Part shown: piece by piece, positions 24,622 to 33,676 of the stretch | Position numbering within the stretch: the stretch's first letter is position 1 | How the letters are laid out: each line of letters begins with the position of its first letter | Virus record (IMG/VR): IMGVR_UViG_3300029852_000012 | Span: 1-50,487 of that record | Direction: 5' to 3' (one strand) | DNA length: 50,487 nt | DNA from: a virus | Program-made: the position numbers and the translations under genes | The notes under the pieces: generated by a model | What the model was told of the DNA's origin: nothing | Database searches by the model: none | Seen by the model: only the letters and a program-made list of their open reading frames with translations

Positions 24622-25533
24622 ATGAATGGTGTTCAGAATGGCTACAAAGGAATTGGTGTAGAGATTATCGGCTACACAAAGCATCCTGCAAAAGTAATGT
24701 GGGATATGCTTAAGCAGACTTGGATTCAGCTTCAGGATATTGAGTACAATCCGGAGCTCCCTATTGTAAAGGAGTTCATTACCGGTTCGGTTGATAAGAG
24801 ACTGAATCCCACTCCTCAGGAAACTGTACTTATTCAGTGTGTGTTTAAGAACATATCGAGAGTAAATCTTGCGCAGCTTACTCGTCATCGTGGTTGGTTA
24901 TTCCAGGTTGAATCTCAGATGCCTCAGCATGTTGAGCACAATGTCATTCTTCCTTTGAATATCGTTCAGTCTGAGTTTTATGAAAGAGCTGCTAAGCTCA
25001 TTGAGGAATCTCAGAAGCTGTATGATGATATGACTAAAGGAAACGACAACGGTAAGGACCATACGGTTATCCCTTATCAGGATGCACGTTATCTGCTGAT
25101 GCATGGTCAGACATGTGATGCTTCTTGTTCTTTCACTCTTCCTCAGCTTGTGAATGTGTGTGGTCAGAGGCTGGAAAACAATACAGCTGATGAAATCAAC
25201 TACGCATTCAGACTTCTGCTTAAGGAGCTCAAAAAGGCAATTGCTCTTGATGATGAAATGGACGAGCTTGATAAGTTAGTCTATACCAAGAGTCTTGAGA
25301 GATGTGATTGTTTTGGTGCAGCAGCTAAGAAGTGCTTTACATGTGATGATGTGTTTGGCAACTCTTTCAAGAGATTCTGTGATGGCAATGAGCATGTAAC
25401 TCATGCAACTGAAAACTGTAAGTTTGATTACAGTAAATCTGCTTGGTATGCAGAGCTTAAGCGAATCTACAAAGAGGAACCGGAACTTCTGCTTCCTGGT
25501 GAGGCTGCAATGATTGAGAGCTGGGAGGACTAA
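24622..25533 (+). CDS. ThyX-fold (flavin-dependent thymidylate synthase-like) protein, divergent
   Basis: 303 aa. FKNISRVNLAQLTRHRGWLFQVESQMPQ aligns to the ThyX RHRxxS...SQRY block, but the Ser and RY positions are changed. Confidence 0.65.
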   Translation: MNGVQNGYKGIGVEIIGYTKHPAKVMWDMLKQTWIQLQDIEYNPELPIVKEFITGSVDKRLNPTPQETVLIQCVFKNISRVNLAQLTRHRGWLFQVESQMPQHVEHNVILPLNIVQSEFYERAAKLIEESQKLYDDMTKGNDNGKDHTVIPYQDARYLLMHGQTCDASCSFTLPQLVNVCGQRLENNTADEINYAFRLLLKELKKAIALDDEMDELDKLVYTKSLERCDCFGAAAKKCFTCDDVFGNSFKRFCDGNEHVTHATENCKFDYSKSAWYAELKRIYKEEPELLLPGEAAMIESWED

Positions 25534-25536
25534 TGT

Positions 25537-25974
25537 ATGTGGGTGATTTTCGAAGGGCTTGATAAGGCCGGTAAAACAACTTTGGAATGGGAGTTTCTGA
25601 AAGTAACAAATTTCAAGCATGTTGTGATTGACAGAGGCCCTGTTGGTTACATGACCTTTGATAAGATTCTTGGTCGTGAAACAAAGCTTGGCAATCAGGA
25701 GTTTATCCACCAGGCACGAAAGATTATGAAGTCTGATGACTTTATGGTTGTGTATTGCACAGTGGAAAAAGAAACTGCTGAGGAACGTCTTACACTTCAC
25801 AGTGAGACTTGTCCTTATGATTATGCTAAAGCTCAGAAACTTTATCGCAACAATGTTCGTAGGTACTACAAGCCTGAGAAAACACTTGAGCTTGATACTA
25901 CAAACAAAAGCATTGATGAGTGTGTTGAGCTGATTGTTGAAAAGCTTAAGGAGGTACAGCAAGGTGAATTGTAA
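25537..25974 (+). CDS. dNMP (thymidylate-type) kinase
   Basis: 145 aa. P-loop MWVIFEGLDKAGKTT. Size and placement next to the TS homologue fit the call. Confidence 0.7.
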   Translation: MWVIFEGLDKAGKTTLEWEFLKVTNFKHVVIDRGPVGYMTFDKILGRETKLGNQEFIHQARKIMKSDDFMVVYCTVEKETAEERLTLHSETCPYDYAKAQKLYRNNVRRYYKPEKTLELDTTNKSIDECVELIVEKLKEVQQGEL

Positions 25975-26743
25975 GAATGCAAATAGAGAAATGGGATTCG
26001 ACAAATTCTCTGAATGCAATTACAACTTACACTGGAGCTTCTCAAACTTTAATAGGATTCTTATGGTGGCTGGGCAAATCGCCCAGCTGCCTATAGATTC
26101 TAGGGTATTGGAGCTTGGTGCTGGTTCAAGTGATTTAGAGAATGTGGTCAAGAAAAATTTTAAGCGTGACGATATTAAGTTCACAAGAGTTGATGGTGAT
26201 AAGCGATACGAATCTGATAAGACGATTACCGTTTTCGATATTACATCAAAAGAGTTCAATACGAGAATGCATGCAAAGCTTGCTTATGACTGTGTGGTAT
26301 TCATGGAAGTGATTGAGCACCTTGATAAAGACTTTGCAGCTACTATGTTTGAACGAATTGCAAGTTGGTTGGTGCCAGAAGGAATGTTGTTGTTCACGAC
26401 TCCTACTCCTCCATACGAAGGAATGTATGAAGATAGAGTGTGGCCAACTGACCATAAAGAAGAGTTTACAAATTCTGAGATTTATGGTATAATAAACAAG
26501 GAGTTCAAAATCAATAAAGAGATTGGTTGGAGCCTTGAAGAACGAGAATATAATAAGCTTTTAGAGACTGATGCTAATTTGAGTATGATTGCTTCAAAGC
26601 TCAGAGGTGCATTTCCTGAAAGTTATGTAAGAGCAACAATTGCTTGTTTGTCTCCTGCTCAAGCCAATCGTCAGATATTGATGATATGTAAGAAAAGGAG
26701 AATTGCAAATGGGAAAAGAACGAAAGGGCAGGTGATTAAATAA
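25964..26743 (+). CDS. Class I SAM-dependent methyltransferase
   Basis: GTG 25964 lies 9 nt after AAGGAGG (ATG 25991 is the alternative). Contains VLELGAGSSDL (motif I) and DCVVFMEVIEHL. Confidence 0.7.
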   Translation: MNCKNANREMGFDKFSECNYNLHWSFSNFNRILMVAGQIAQLPIDSRVLELGAGSSDLENVVKKNFKRDDIKFTRVDGDKRYESDKTITVFDITSKEFNTRMHAKLAYDCVVFMEVIEHLDKDFAATMFERIASWLVPEGMLLFTTPTPPYEGMYEDRVWPTDHKEEFTNSEIYGIINKEFKINKEIGWSLEEREYNKLLETDANLSMIASKLRGAFPESYVRATIACLSPAQANRQILMICKKRRIANGKRTKGQVIK

Positions 26744-29442
26744 TGTCATGCGACTTGCACCGCCACGATGAGTGTTCAACATTCGATGGTTTTGGAAAGC
26801 CTGAGGAATTGGCAGCTCTTGCTAAAAAACTTGGTCATACAGCTTTAGGTGTTTCAAATCATGGTAATACAAATAGTTTGGTAAGACATTTCTATGCATG
26901 TAAAGAGGAAGGCATTAAGCCTATCATGGGATGCGAAGGATATTTCTTGCCGAAGTATAAACCTCAGACACGAGGTTACCACTTATGTTTGTTTGCTAAG
27001 ACAAAGCAAGGGTACACAAATCTGAATACACTTCAGTATGAAGGTGAGAAAATCAAGTACTACAATCCTATCTGGACGTTTGAGCTGCTTGAGGAATATC
27101 ATGAAGGATTGATTTGTACGAGCGCTTGTGTTGCAGGCTACTTGGCACAGTGTATTAAGTCAGGTAAGCTTGACCAAGCTGAAAAGTATCTTAGAAAGAT
27201 GGTCGATATTTTTGGTGATGACTTCTATATTGAGATTCAGCCATACTCAATCACTGAACCTGGACTTCAGGAAAAGGTGAATGTTGAGTCAATCAAGCTG
27301 GCAAAGAAGTTAGGTATCAAGCTTATACTTACTTCTGATTCTCATAGAGGTGCCAAAGAGGATTTTGATACATACATGAAAATGCATGAGGTTGCCAAAC
27401 ATAATTTCGAAGACATTGAGGCAACCTATAAAGAACGTTACATGCCAACTGAAAAGGAAATCATGCAGCGATTCTACAAAATGCACAGAGGTGACTTTGG
27501 TGATGCCAAAGCAAAAGCCCTGGCAAAGGAAATGGTTAGGAACCTACAGGAAATCGAGGACAAGGTTGATGGTGATATTCTTGATGAGCTTGAACTTAAG
27601 CTTCCTCAGTTTGACCCCGAAAGAGATTCATTCGATTTGCTGAAAGAAAAGATTAGAGATGGTCTTAAGAAACGAGGCAAATGGAATAAGAAGTATGCAG
27701 CACGAATTAAGGAAGAGCTTGAGGTTATCAAATATCACGGTTTTGAAGATTATTTCCTTATGGTTGCTGAATATACAACATGGGCAAAAGAGCATGGGAT
27801 TCAAGTCGGTCCAGGTCGTGGTTCTGGTTGCAACTGCTTGGTTAACTATGCATTGCACATTACAGATGTTGACCCGATTTTATTTGACCTTGATTTTAGT
27901 CGATTCTTACGAATCGATAAAAAGAAGATGCCCGATATTGACCTTGATTTTGAGACATCACGTCGAGCAGAAGTAATTCAGCATTTGCTTGATAGGTACC
28001 CAAATAATGCAGCTCAGATTTGTTCTTATGGTCTGTATCGCGTTGACAACCTCATAAATGACCTTGCAAAAGTTTGTGGTTTAGAGGGAAACAAAGAAGA
28101 GATTAAGCAAATCAAAACTTTTATCAATGGACATATCACTGAAGGTTTGCTTGACCTTGAAGCTATCGCTAATTCTGCAGAAGCTAAAATGTGGAATGCA
28201 CAATACGATAACATCATCAAGCACTTTTGTAAGTTGTATAATAAGATACGTTTTATTGGTACACATGCAGCTGGTGTTGCTATTACTGGTGGAAACATTC
28301 TGGACTATACAGCTGTTCGTATCGATTCAAAGACTGGTAAGCACTTTACAAACTATGACCTGAACGATATGGAAAAGATTAAGGTTATTAAGTTCGATAT
28401 TCTTGGTCTGACAACCATGTCAAGTATTGGTGAGCTTAGGCAGCTTACAGGTCATGATGAGTTCGATGAAGACTGGGTAAACGATGAGCAAATCATGAAA
28501 GCTTTTGGTGAAGGCAATTGTGATGGTGTATTCCAGTTTGAAAAGAAATCGGTTCAGGAAATGTTGAGAGTAATGCAATGTGATTGTTTCGAAGATGTGA
28601 TTGCAGCATCAGCTATGAACAGACCTGGACCATTAAGCTTAAAGATGCCTGAAGTATATGCAGCCAATAAAGTTGACCAAGCTCATATCGATACGAGTTT
28701 GCCATACTCAAAATATCTCGAGAAAACTTATGGTTGTGTGGTGTATCAAGAACAGGTACAAGCTATTGCAGTTAACATTGGTGGATTGGAGTGGCCTGAA
28801 GCCGATAAGATTTTGAAGATGCAACGTGGTGGTACTGAAAAGGCAATCAGAAATTTTGAAGAGAACTACGACAACTTCGTAAAGAAGTTTGAGGCCGGTG
28901 CAAAGAAACATGGCATGACCAAGGAACAGGCATTCGAAATCTTTGATAAGTTCTTCAACTATGCATTCAACAAAGGACATGCTACGGGATATAGCTTAAT
29001 CTCGGTCGAGGAAATGTACTACAAAATCTATTATCCTACAGAGTTCTGGTATGTGAAGATGAAGTACAGTGGTGATGAGGCTAAGATGGCTAAGTTCAAA
29101 GAGAATGCTGTTCGTGATAATGCGGTGCTGTTCTTGCCACATGTTAACTATTCAGCTGATTATACGCTTCGAAAGGTTGAAGGTGAAGTGATAATTCAGG
29201 AAGGATTAAGCTCAATCAAGGGAATCGGTGAAAAGGCAGCTGCAGCAATTGAAGAGGAGCGGAAGGCTCACGGTGTATTTACAAGCTTTGATGACTTTTA
29301 CGACAGATGTAAGTCAAGGATTATCACATCAAGAGTTATTCAGATTTTGAAAGAGCAAGGCGCTTTGGAGTTCAATAAACGAACTTACATCAATCGTGTG
29401 ACTAAATACAACAGCACGTTGTATGCAAAATCAAATCAATAA
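26743..29442 (+). CDS. dnaE: DNA polymerase III alpha subunit (DnaE-type, PHP domain)
   Basis: 899 aa. Contains CDLHRHDECSTFDG (PHP), GSGCNCLVNYALHITDVDP, PDIDLDF, HAAGVAI and MNRPGP. Confidence 0.9.
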   Translation: MSCDLHRHDECSTFDGFGKPEELAALAKKLGHTALGVSNHGNTNSLVRHFYACKEEGIKPIMGCEGYFLPKYKPQTRGYHLCLFAKTKQGYTNLNTLQYEGEKIKYYNPIWTFELLEEYHEGLICTSACVAGYLAQCIKSGKLDQAEKYLRKMVDIFGDDFYIEIQPYSITEPGLQEKVNVESIKLAKKLGIKLILTSDSHRGAKEDFDTYMKMHEVAKHNFEDIEATYKERYMPTEKEIMQRFYKMHRGDFGDAKAKALAKEMVRNLQEIEDKVDGDILDELELKLPQFDPERDSFDLLKEKIRDGLKKRGKWNKKYAARIKEELEVIKYHGFEDYFLMVAEYTTWAKEHGIQVGPGRGSGCNCLVNYALHITDVDPILFDLDFSRFLRIDKKKMPDIDLDFETSRRAEVIQHLLDRYPNNAAQICSYGLYRVDNLINDLAKVCGLEGNKEEIKQIKTFINGHITEGLLDLEAIANSAEAKMWNAQYDNIIKHFCKLYNKIRFIGTHAAGVAITGGNILDYTAVRIDSKTGKHFTNYDLNDMEKIKVIKFDILGLTTMSSIGELRQLTGHDEFDEDWVNDEQIMKAFGEGNCDGVFQFEKKSVQEMLRVMQCDCFEDVIAASAMNRPGPLSLKMPEVYAANKVDQAHIDTSLPYSKYLEKTYGCVVYQEQVQAIAVNIGGLEWPEADKILKMQRGGTEKAIRNFEENYDNFVKKFEAGAKKHGMTKEQAFEIFDKFFNYAFNKGHATGYSLISVEEMYYKIYYPTEFWYVKMKYSGDEAKMAKFKENAVRDNAVLFLPHVNYSADYTLRKVEGEVIIQEGLSSIKGIGEKAAAAIEEERKAHGVFTSFDDFYDRCKSRIITSRVIQILKEQGALEFNKRTYINRVTKYNSTLYAKSNQ

Positions 29443-29457
29443 AGTTAAAATTGGGGG

Positions 29458-29486
29458 TGTACAACCTTTGGTCAATATGGTATAAT
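29458..29486 (+). promoter_or_regulatory. Promoter P4: TGTACA-N17-TATAAT, bracketed by a 10-bp inverted repeat
   Basis: TGTACA 29458-63 and TATAAT 29481-86. TGTACAACCT (29458-67) is the reverse complement of AGGTTGTACA (29495-504). Confidence 0.7.
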
Positions 29487-29535
29487 ATAATCAGAGGTTG
29501 TACATACCTACTAAATCAAAATGGAGGAAACAAAT

Positions 29536-29799
29536 ATGTTGAACAAATTCAAAGAGAACAAGAAGATTATGGAAATCAAGATGGACCAGGCAAGTAAGAT
29601 GGCAGATGAAGCTGCTCATGAGTTCATCGATTCGATTCACACTCTTGTCAAAGATGCTTCAGAGGAAGACTTTAAGAAATTCTTTCAGGCCGAGGATGAT
29701 ATGATTGAGCCTGAGGATAAGTTGGCAGTGATTGCCGCATTTGCTGATACTCATGACGATATCGGTGGTGTCGCAATCATTGGTTTTGGCAGAAAGTAA
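29536..29799 (+). CDS. Hypothetical acidic protein (87 aa)
   Basis: ATG 29536 after GGAGGAAAC. It is the first gene after P4. Confidence 0.65.
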   Translation: MLNKFKENKKIMEIKMDQASKMADEAAHEFIDSIHTLVKDASEEDFKKFFQAEDDMIEPEDKLAVIAAFADTHDDIGGVAIIGFGRK

Positions 29800-29804
29800 A
29801 TCAG

Positions 29805-29957
29805 ATGGTTGCGCTTATGATTGTCCTTATAATATTCGCTGTGATATTATTCATGGGTATGATTGCCGATAAGGACATTGAAAATAGAAGGAATTTTACG
29901 TACGGATTTTGTACTGTGATTCTGGCTATTGTGGCAATCGTAGTATTCAAGATGTGA
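29805..29957 (+). CDS. Small membrane protein (50 aa, two predicted TM helices)
   Basis: Translation is MVALMIVLIIFAVILFMGMIADKDIENRRNFTYGFCTVILAIVAIVVFKM. It is below the ORF-track length cutoff. Confidence 0.5.
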   Translation: MVALMIVLIIFAVILFMGMIADKDIENRRNFTYGFCTVILAIVAIVVFKM

Positions 29958-30015
29958 TGAAAACGGAGGGCGGTCACAGGTTGGCCGCCTATCCAAGTAA
30001 TTGGAGGTAAATTAA

Positions 30016-30963
30016 GTGTCTAAATGTAATAAGGAAGCTATTATAAAGCTTTGCAACGACATCAACAAAAAGGAAGGCGAAGGTGCTGTATATTCAATCG
30101 GCTCAAAACACGCTAACCTCAAAATCAATCGTTGGTCAACTGGTATTGAGGACCTTGATGCAATCATTGGTGGTGGAATGCCTGAAGGACGAGTGGTTGA
30201 AATCTTTGGTCCTGAAAGCTCAGGCAAAACAACTTTACTGTATCATTTGTGTGGACTTCATCCTATGTGTTTGGATATTCCTATTGAAGGAACATTTGAT
30301 GCAGAACGAGCAAAGGTCTTTGGAAACAGACCAAAGCAAATGCTGATTTATCGTGCTAAGTATGGTGAAGATGCATTCAACAAAACAATTCAGTTTGCAA
30401 AAGCAGGAATCCCTCTTATTGGTATTGATAGTGTGCCAAGTATGGTACCAAAAGAAGATGCTGAAAAGGTTCTTAAGTCTGCTGAAAAGGATTCGATTGA
30501 AGAACAGCGAATTGGTGGTACAGCAAGACTTATGAATAAATACTTACCTACAATTGAGGAAATCATTGAGGTGACAGGAACAACACTAATCTTCATCAAT
30601 CAGGTAAGAGATAAGATGAATGCAATGCTGTTTGGTGAAAAGACAGATACACCTGGAGGACGTAAACTCAAGCATGCATGCTCATTACGTATTCAGGTAG
30701 CAAGAAAAGCCTGGATTGAGATTCCGAATAAGAATCCATGCAATTCAGCTACAACAGAGAAGATTGGCTTGATTATGAAATGCAAAGTAGTTAAGTCAAA
30801 GGTAAGCAATCCAATGGGTGAATGCGAAATACCATTATTCTTCGACAGAGGCTTTGTAAGCTTTGATGATGTTCAGTTAATTAGAAAAGAAATCATGGCA
30901 CAAAGAGCTCAGCAGTTTGGTAAACGCATTCCGAAAGAGTTCTTAGAAGAGGAGGACGACTAA
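30016..30963 (+). CDS. RecA-family recombinase
   Basis: GTG start after GGAGG, 315 aa. Contains GGGMPEGRVVEIFGPESSGKTTL (Walker A) and LIGIDSV (Walker B-like). Confidence 0.85.
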   Translation: MSKCNKEAIIKLCNDINKKEGEGAVYSIGSKHANLKINRWSTGIEDLDAIIGGGMPEGRVVEIFGPESSGKTTLLYHLCGLHPMCLDIPIEGTFDAERAKVFGNRPKQMLIYRAKYGEDAFNKTIQFAKAGIPLIGIDSVPSMVPKEDAEKVLKSAEKDSIEEQRIGGTARLMNKYLPTIEEIIEVTGTTLIFINQVRDKMNAMLFGEKTDTPGGRKLKHACSLRIQVARKAWIEIPNKNPCNSATTEKIGLIMKCKVVKSKVSNPMGECEIPLFFDRGFVSFDDVQLIRKEIMAQRAQQFGKRIPKEFLEEEDD

Positions 30964-30964
30964 T

Positions 30965-31294
30965 ATGATGAATAATGATTTTGATATTAAAAAAGAATAT
31001 TCTGATGAAGTTGACAAAATGCGAAAAAATCGTGTTGAAGTAAGCTTCTATAAATATGGTCCTGCAAAAATCAACTTTGGTGAAGGTCTTGTTAAGGCAA
31101 AGAATTCTGCAGAAATGTGTATTGAGAAGTATGAGAAAACAAAGAACAGAGAATATCTACTTGATGCAATGAATTATTTGATGTTTGAGTTTATGTACCC
31201 GTCAATGGAAGGAACTTATTTTAAGGCGACTGGTAGTTCTGAGTCTGCAGGAAAGGACGGTATTTCATATAATGAACTCAAAGAGAATTGGTAA
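30965..31294 (+). CDS. Hypothetical protein (109 aa), weakly MazG/NTP-PPase-like
   Basis: Contains ...KYGPAKINFGEG...NREYLLDAMNYLMFEF..., a pattern seen in small phage pyrophosphohydrolase-like proteins. This is unverified. Confidence 0.55.
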   Translation: MMNNDFDIKKEYSDEVDKMRKNRVEVSFYKYGPAKINFGEGLVKAKNSAEMCIEKYEKTKNREYLLDAMNYLMFEFMYPSMEGTYFKATGSSESAGKDGISYNELKENW

Positions 31295-31739
31295 AGATGA
31301 ATATTATCTTGGCATAGCCCTTGCAGTTTCCAAACGAAGCACATGCCTCAAACGTCATTATGGTTGTGTTATTGTAAAGGACGACATCATCATTGCTACT
31401 GGTTACAATGGTAGTCCAAGAGGCGAAGAAAATTGTTGTGACAGAGGCACGTGTAAAAGAGCAAATGCTGAGAGATATTCAAACTATGAAAGTTGCGATA
31501 GTGTTCATGCTGAACAAAATGCATTGATTGCTACAAGTCGTGAACGATTGATTGGTGCAACAGTTTATCTGGCTTGTGAAGAGTATGGACTGAACGAAGA
31601 AAAATCTGCAATGTGGGAAGAGGAAATCATTGACTTCCATGAGGATAAGAATCCCATTCCTTGTGGCATCTGCTCACGAATGCTCAAGAATGCAGGCATC
31701 GTACGAGTGGTGAACAGGAGGGGCGATGTATGTTTGTAG
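31272..31739 (+). CDS. dCMP deaminase
   Basis: Contains STCLKRHYGCVIV, VHAEQNAL and PCGICSRML (zinc-binding HAE...PCxxC). Confidence 0.9.
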   Translation: MNSKRIGKDEYYLGIALAVSKRSTCLKRHYGCVIVKDDIIIATGYNGSPRGEENCCDRGTCKRANAERYSNYESCDSVHAEQNALIATSRERLIGATVYLACEEYGLNEEKSAMWEEEIIDFHEDKNPIPCGICSRMLKNAGIVRVVNRRGDVCL

Positions 31740-31752
31740 ATAAAAGAATGGC

Positions 31753-32565
31753 TTGAAAGAGGTGATTAAGATTTTTACAATAGATGTACCATATTTCAAC
31801 CTCGACCAGATTTATGCCAGTGGTCAATGCCCAAGATGGATTAAATTAAAGGAATCTAAGTATGTGATTCCGTTCAGAGATAAGGCGCTCAAGATTGAAC
31901 AGCAACGTGACAAGTACGATTGGACACGATATCGTTTGATTATGAGTTGTACAGAGGACGACTTCTACAATGTATGGTTTAATTATCTGGATTTGAGAAT
32001 GGATTGTCTTGATGAGAACAATAAAATAAAGAGGCTTGGTGGTAAGTTTAAAGTTCCTGCTAACAGAGGCAATGGAATCCACATACTTCATCAGGACTAC
32101 TTTGAAGCATACGTACTTGCTAAGCTCATTACATACGTTGGCTATAAAAATGCAGCAGTTGCTATGAATCACATTGCTGAAGTTTGTGGTGTTAAACATA
32201 ATCAATCAATGAGGGAGGCAGGTCGTATTACTTGGTATGAATGGCCTACACCTGAAATGATTCTTGAGCATCATCATAAGCTTGGCAAAATGGGTAAGAT
32301 AAACTCATGGCTCAAGAGATTATGTGAAGCAATAGTCAATGATTATTACGCTTACACTAAATCTGATGATGAGCTTTTCAGATTATTTGGTATGCATGAT
32401 ACTACAGTATTTCCTTTGGTCGGCATTGAGGAAACTTTGATGAAGAATTTTGGTGAGGAACCTGAAGAATTTGCCGATTGGTATCTTGGCGATATTGAGA
32501 ACAAAGGACTGGTGTATATGTATATTGTACATCATATTCTAAACAGACCAAAAGAGGTGAGATGA
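31753..32565 (+). CDS. OGG/AlkA (HhH-GPD)-like DNA glycosylase homologue, divergent
   Basis: FNLDQIYASGQCPRWIKL and GIHILHQDYFEAYVLAKLI resemble the OGG N-terminal and helix motifs. No clear HhH-GPD catalytic Lys/Asp block is recognisable. The TTG start is uncertain. Confidence 0.45.
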   Translation: MKEVIKIFTIDVPYFNLDQIYASGQCPRWIKLKESKYVIPFRDKALKIEQQRDKYDWTRYRLIMSCTEDDFYNVWFNYLDLRMDCLDENNKIKRLGGKFKVPANRGNGIHILHQDYFEAYVLAKLITYVGYKNAAVAMNHIAEVCGVKHNQSMREAGRITWYEWPTPEMILEHHHKLGKMGKINSWLKRLCEAIVNDYYAYTKSDDELFRLFGMHDTTVFPLVGIEETLMKNFGEEPEEFADWYLGDIENKGLVYMYIVHHILNRPKEVR

Positions 32566-32567
32566 CA

Positions 32568-33440
32568 ATGGGTCTTGTTGATAACATAAAGAGAGAAGCT
32601 CAAGGAAATAAAACAAAGATTCAGAGTACTGATGCTGCTGCGCTTGAGAAAATTTTCAATAATATGTTCTACCTTGATAAGAACATCGAAGAGGAAACCA
32701 AGTTCGTAAAGCAGGTTATGACAAGAGGTCTTGAATCTCAGGAACGTGTTGGTCTTCATGCATCAGCAATGCTGGTTGGTGAAAAGGACTTCTGTTTGAG
32801 AGCTCAAGTTCTTAGTCTGATTTACAAGCAGCTTCAAGGTCAGCAAACTCCTGTTGGTCTTATGCGTATCTTTGAGCAAGGTAATGCAATCCATGAGAAG
32901 TGGCAAAGACTTCTGATTAGAGCTGGTTATGGTAAAGCAAAGGATATGGACTACACAAGATTTTGTGATGACTATATGTTAAGCTACACACCTGATATTG
33001 ACTGTTTGATTCCTGAGTTCTTTGAAGGAAGAATGATTGGTGAGATTAAGTCAGTCAATACATATCAGTTTCAGAAGATGACCAAGCACCCATCGGCTTG
33101 GAAGCAGTGTCAGTGGTATATGCATTTGTGTATCAAAAAGGCAAAGGAATCTGGCGAGTGGAATGGTAAAGACTATACCAAAGGCTTCGTACTTTCTGAG
33201 GATAAAAACACTCAGGACTTCAAGCTTGAGGTATACGACTACGACCCAACCAAGATTGAGCCTTTTGCCGGCAGGGCAGAATCTATCATGTTCAATTATG
33301 ACCGTGTGTTTGAAGAGCATAAGATGGTTGGTAGGCCAAAGGATGCAAATAGTCCTACATGCAAACGTTGTAAAGAATGCTTTATGCGTGAAGCTTGTTG
33401 GAATATAGGAAAAGGAAAGGTTCGTATCGATAATGAGTAA
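32568..33440 (+). CDS. PD-(D/E)xK exonuclease, Cas4/RecB-like with Cys cluster
   Basis: Contains YTPDIDCLI...IGEIKSV (D...ExK). One N-terminal Cys plus C-terminal CKRCKECFMREAC give a four-Cys pattern. Confidence 0.7.
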   Translation: MGLVDNIKREAQGNKTKIQSTDAAALEKIFNNMFYLDKNIEEETKFVKQVMTRGLESQERVGLHASAMLVGEKDFCLRAQVLSLIYKQLQGQQTPVGLMRIFEQGNAIHEKWQRLLIRAGYGKAKDMDYTRFCDDYMLSYTPDIDCLIPEFFEGRMIGEIKSVNTYQFQKMTKHPSAWKQCQWYMHLCIKKAKESGEWNGKDYTKGFVLSEDKNTQDFKLEVYDYDPTKIEPFAGRAESIMFNYDRVFEEHKMVGRPKDANSPTCKRCKECFMREACWNIGKGKVRIDNE

Positions 33441-33657
33441 CGACAAAGAACTTACTTATGGTGATATTTACAGAGACTTCTGCAGTTGGAGTCCTGAACA
33501 CGCAGCTATGGTAGTTGACTACAGACCTTGGGGTCGCACTTCTATTTTGGTATGGCTCAATAATGGTCAGGCATATAAGTGTAAACGTCATGCTGCTGAT
33601 AGATTCACCATGCAGCTGGTGTCTGAAGAGGACATTAAGAAGAAATACGGCATATAA
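33433..33657 (+). CDS. Hypothetical protein (74 aa)
   Basis: ORF overlapping the upstream stop (ATGAGTAA). The call rests mainly on translational coupling. Confidence 0.55.
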   Translation: MSNDKELTYGDIYRDFCSWSPEHAAMVVDYRPWGRTSILVWLNNGQAYKCKRHAADRFTMQLVSEEDIKKKYGI

Positions 33658-33676
33658 CCGGTTTATAATTAAGGTA

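Noticed and set aside
29960-29995. Hairpin GGGCGG-11 nt-CCGCCT after the small membrane-protein ORF, as a terminator
   Set aside because: The stem is only 6 bp with a G.U pair, the loop is 11 nt, and no T-run follows. That is too weak to call.
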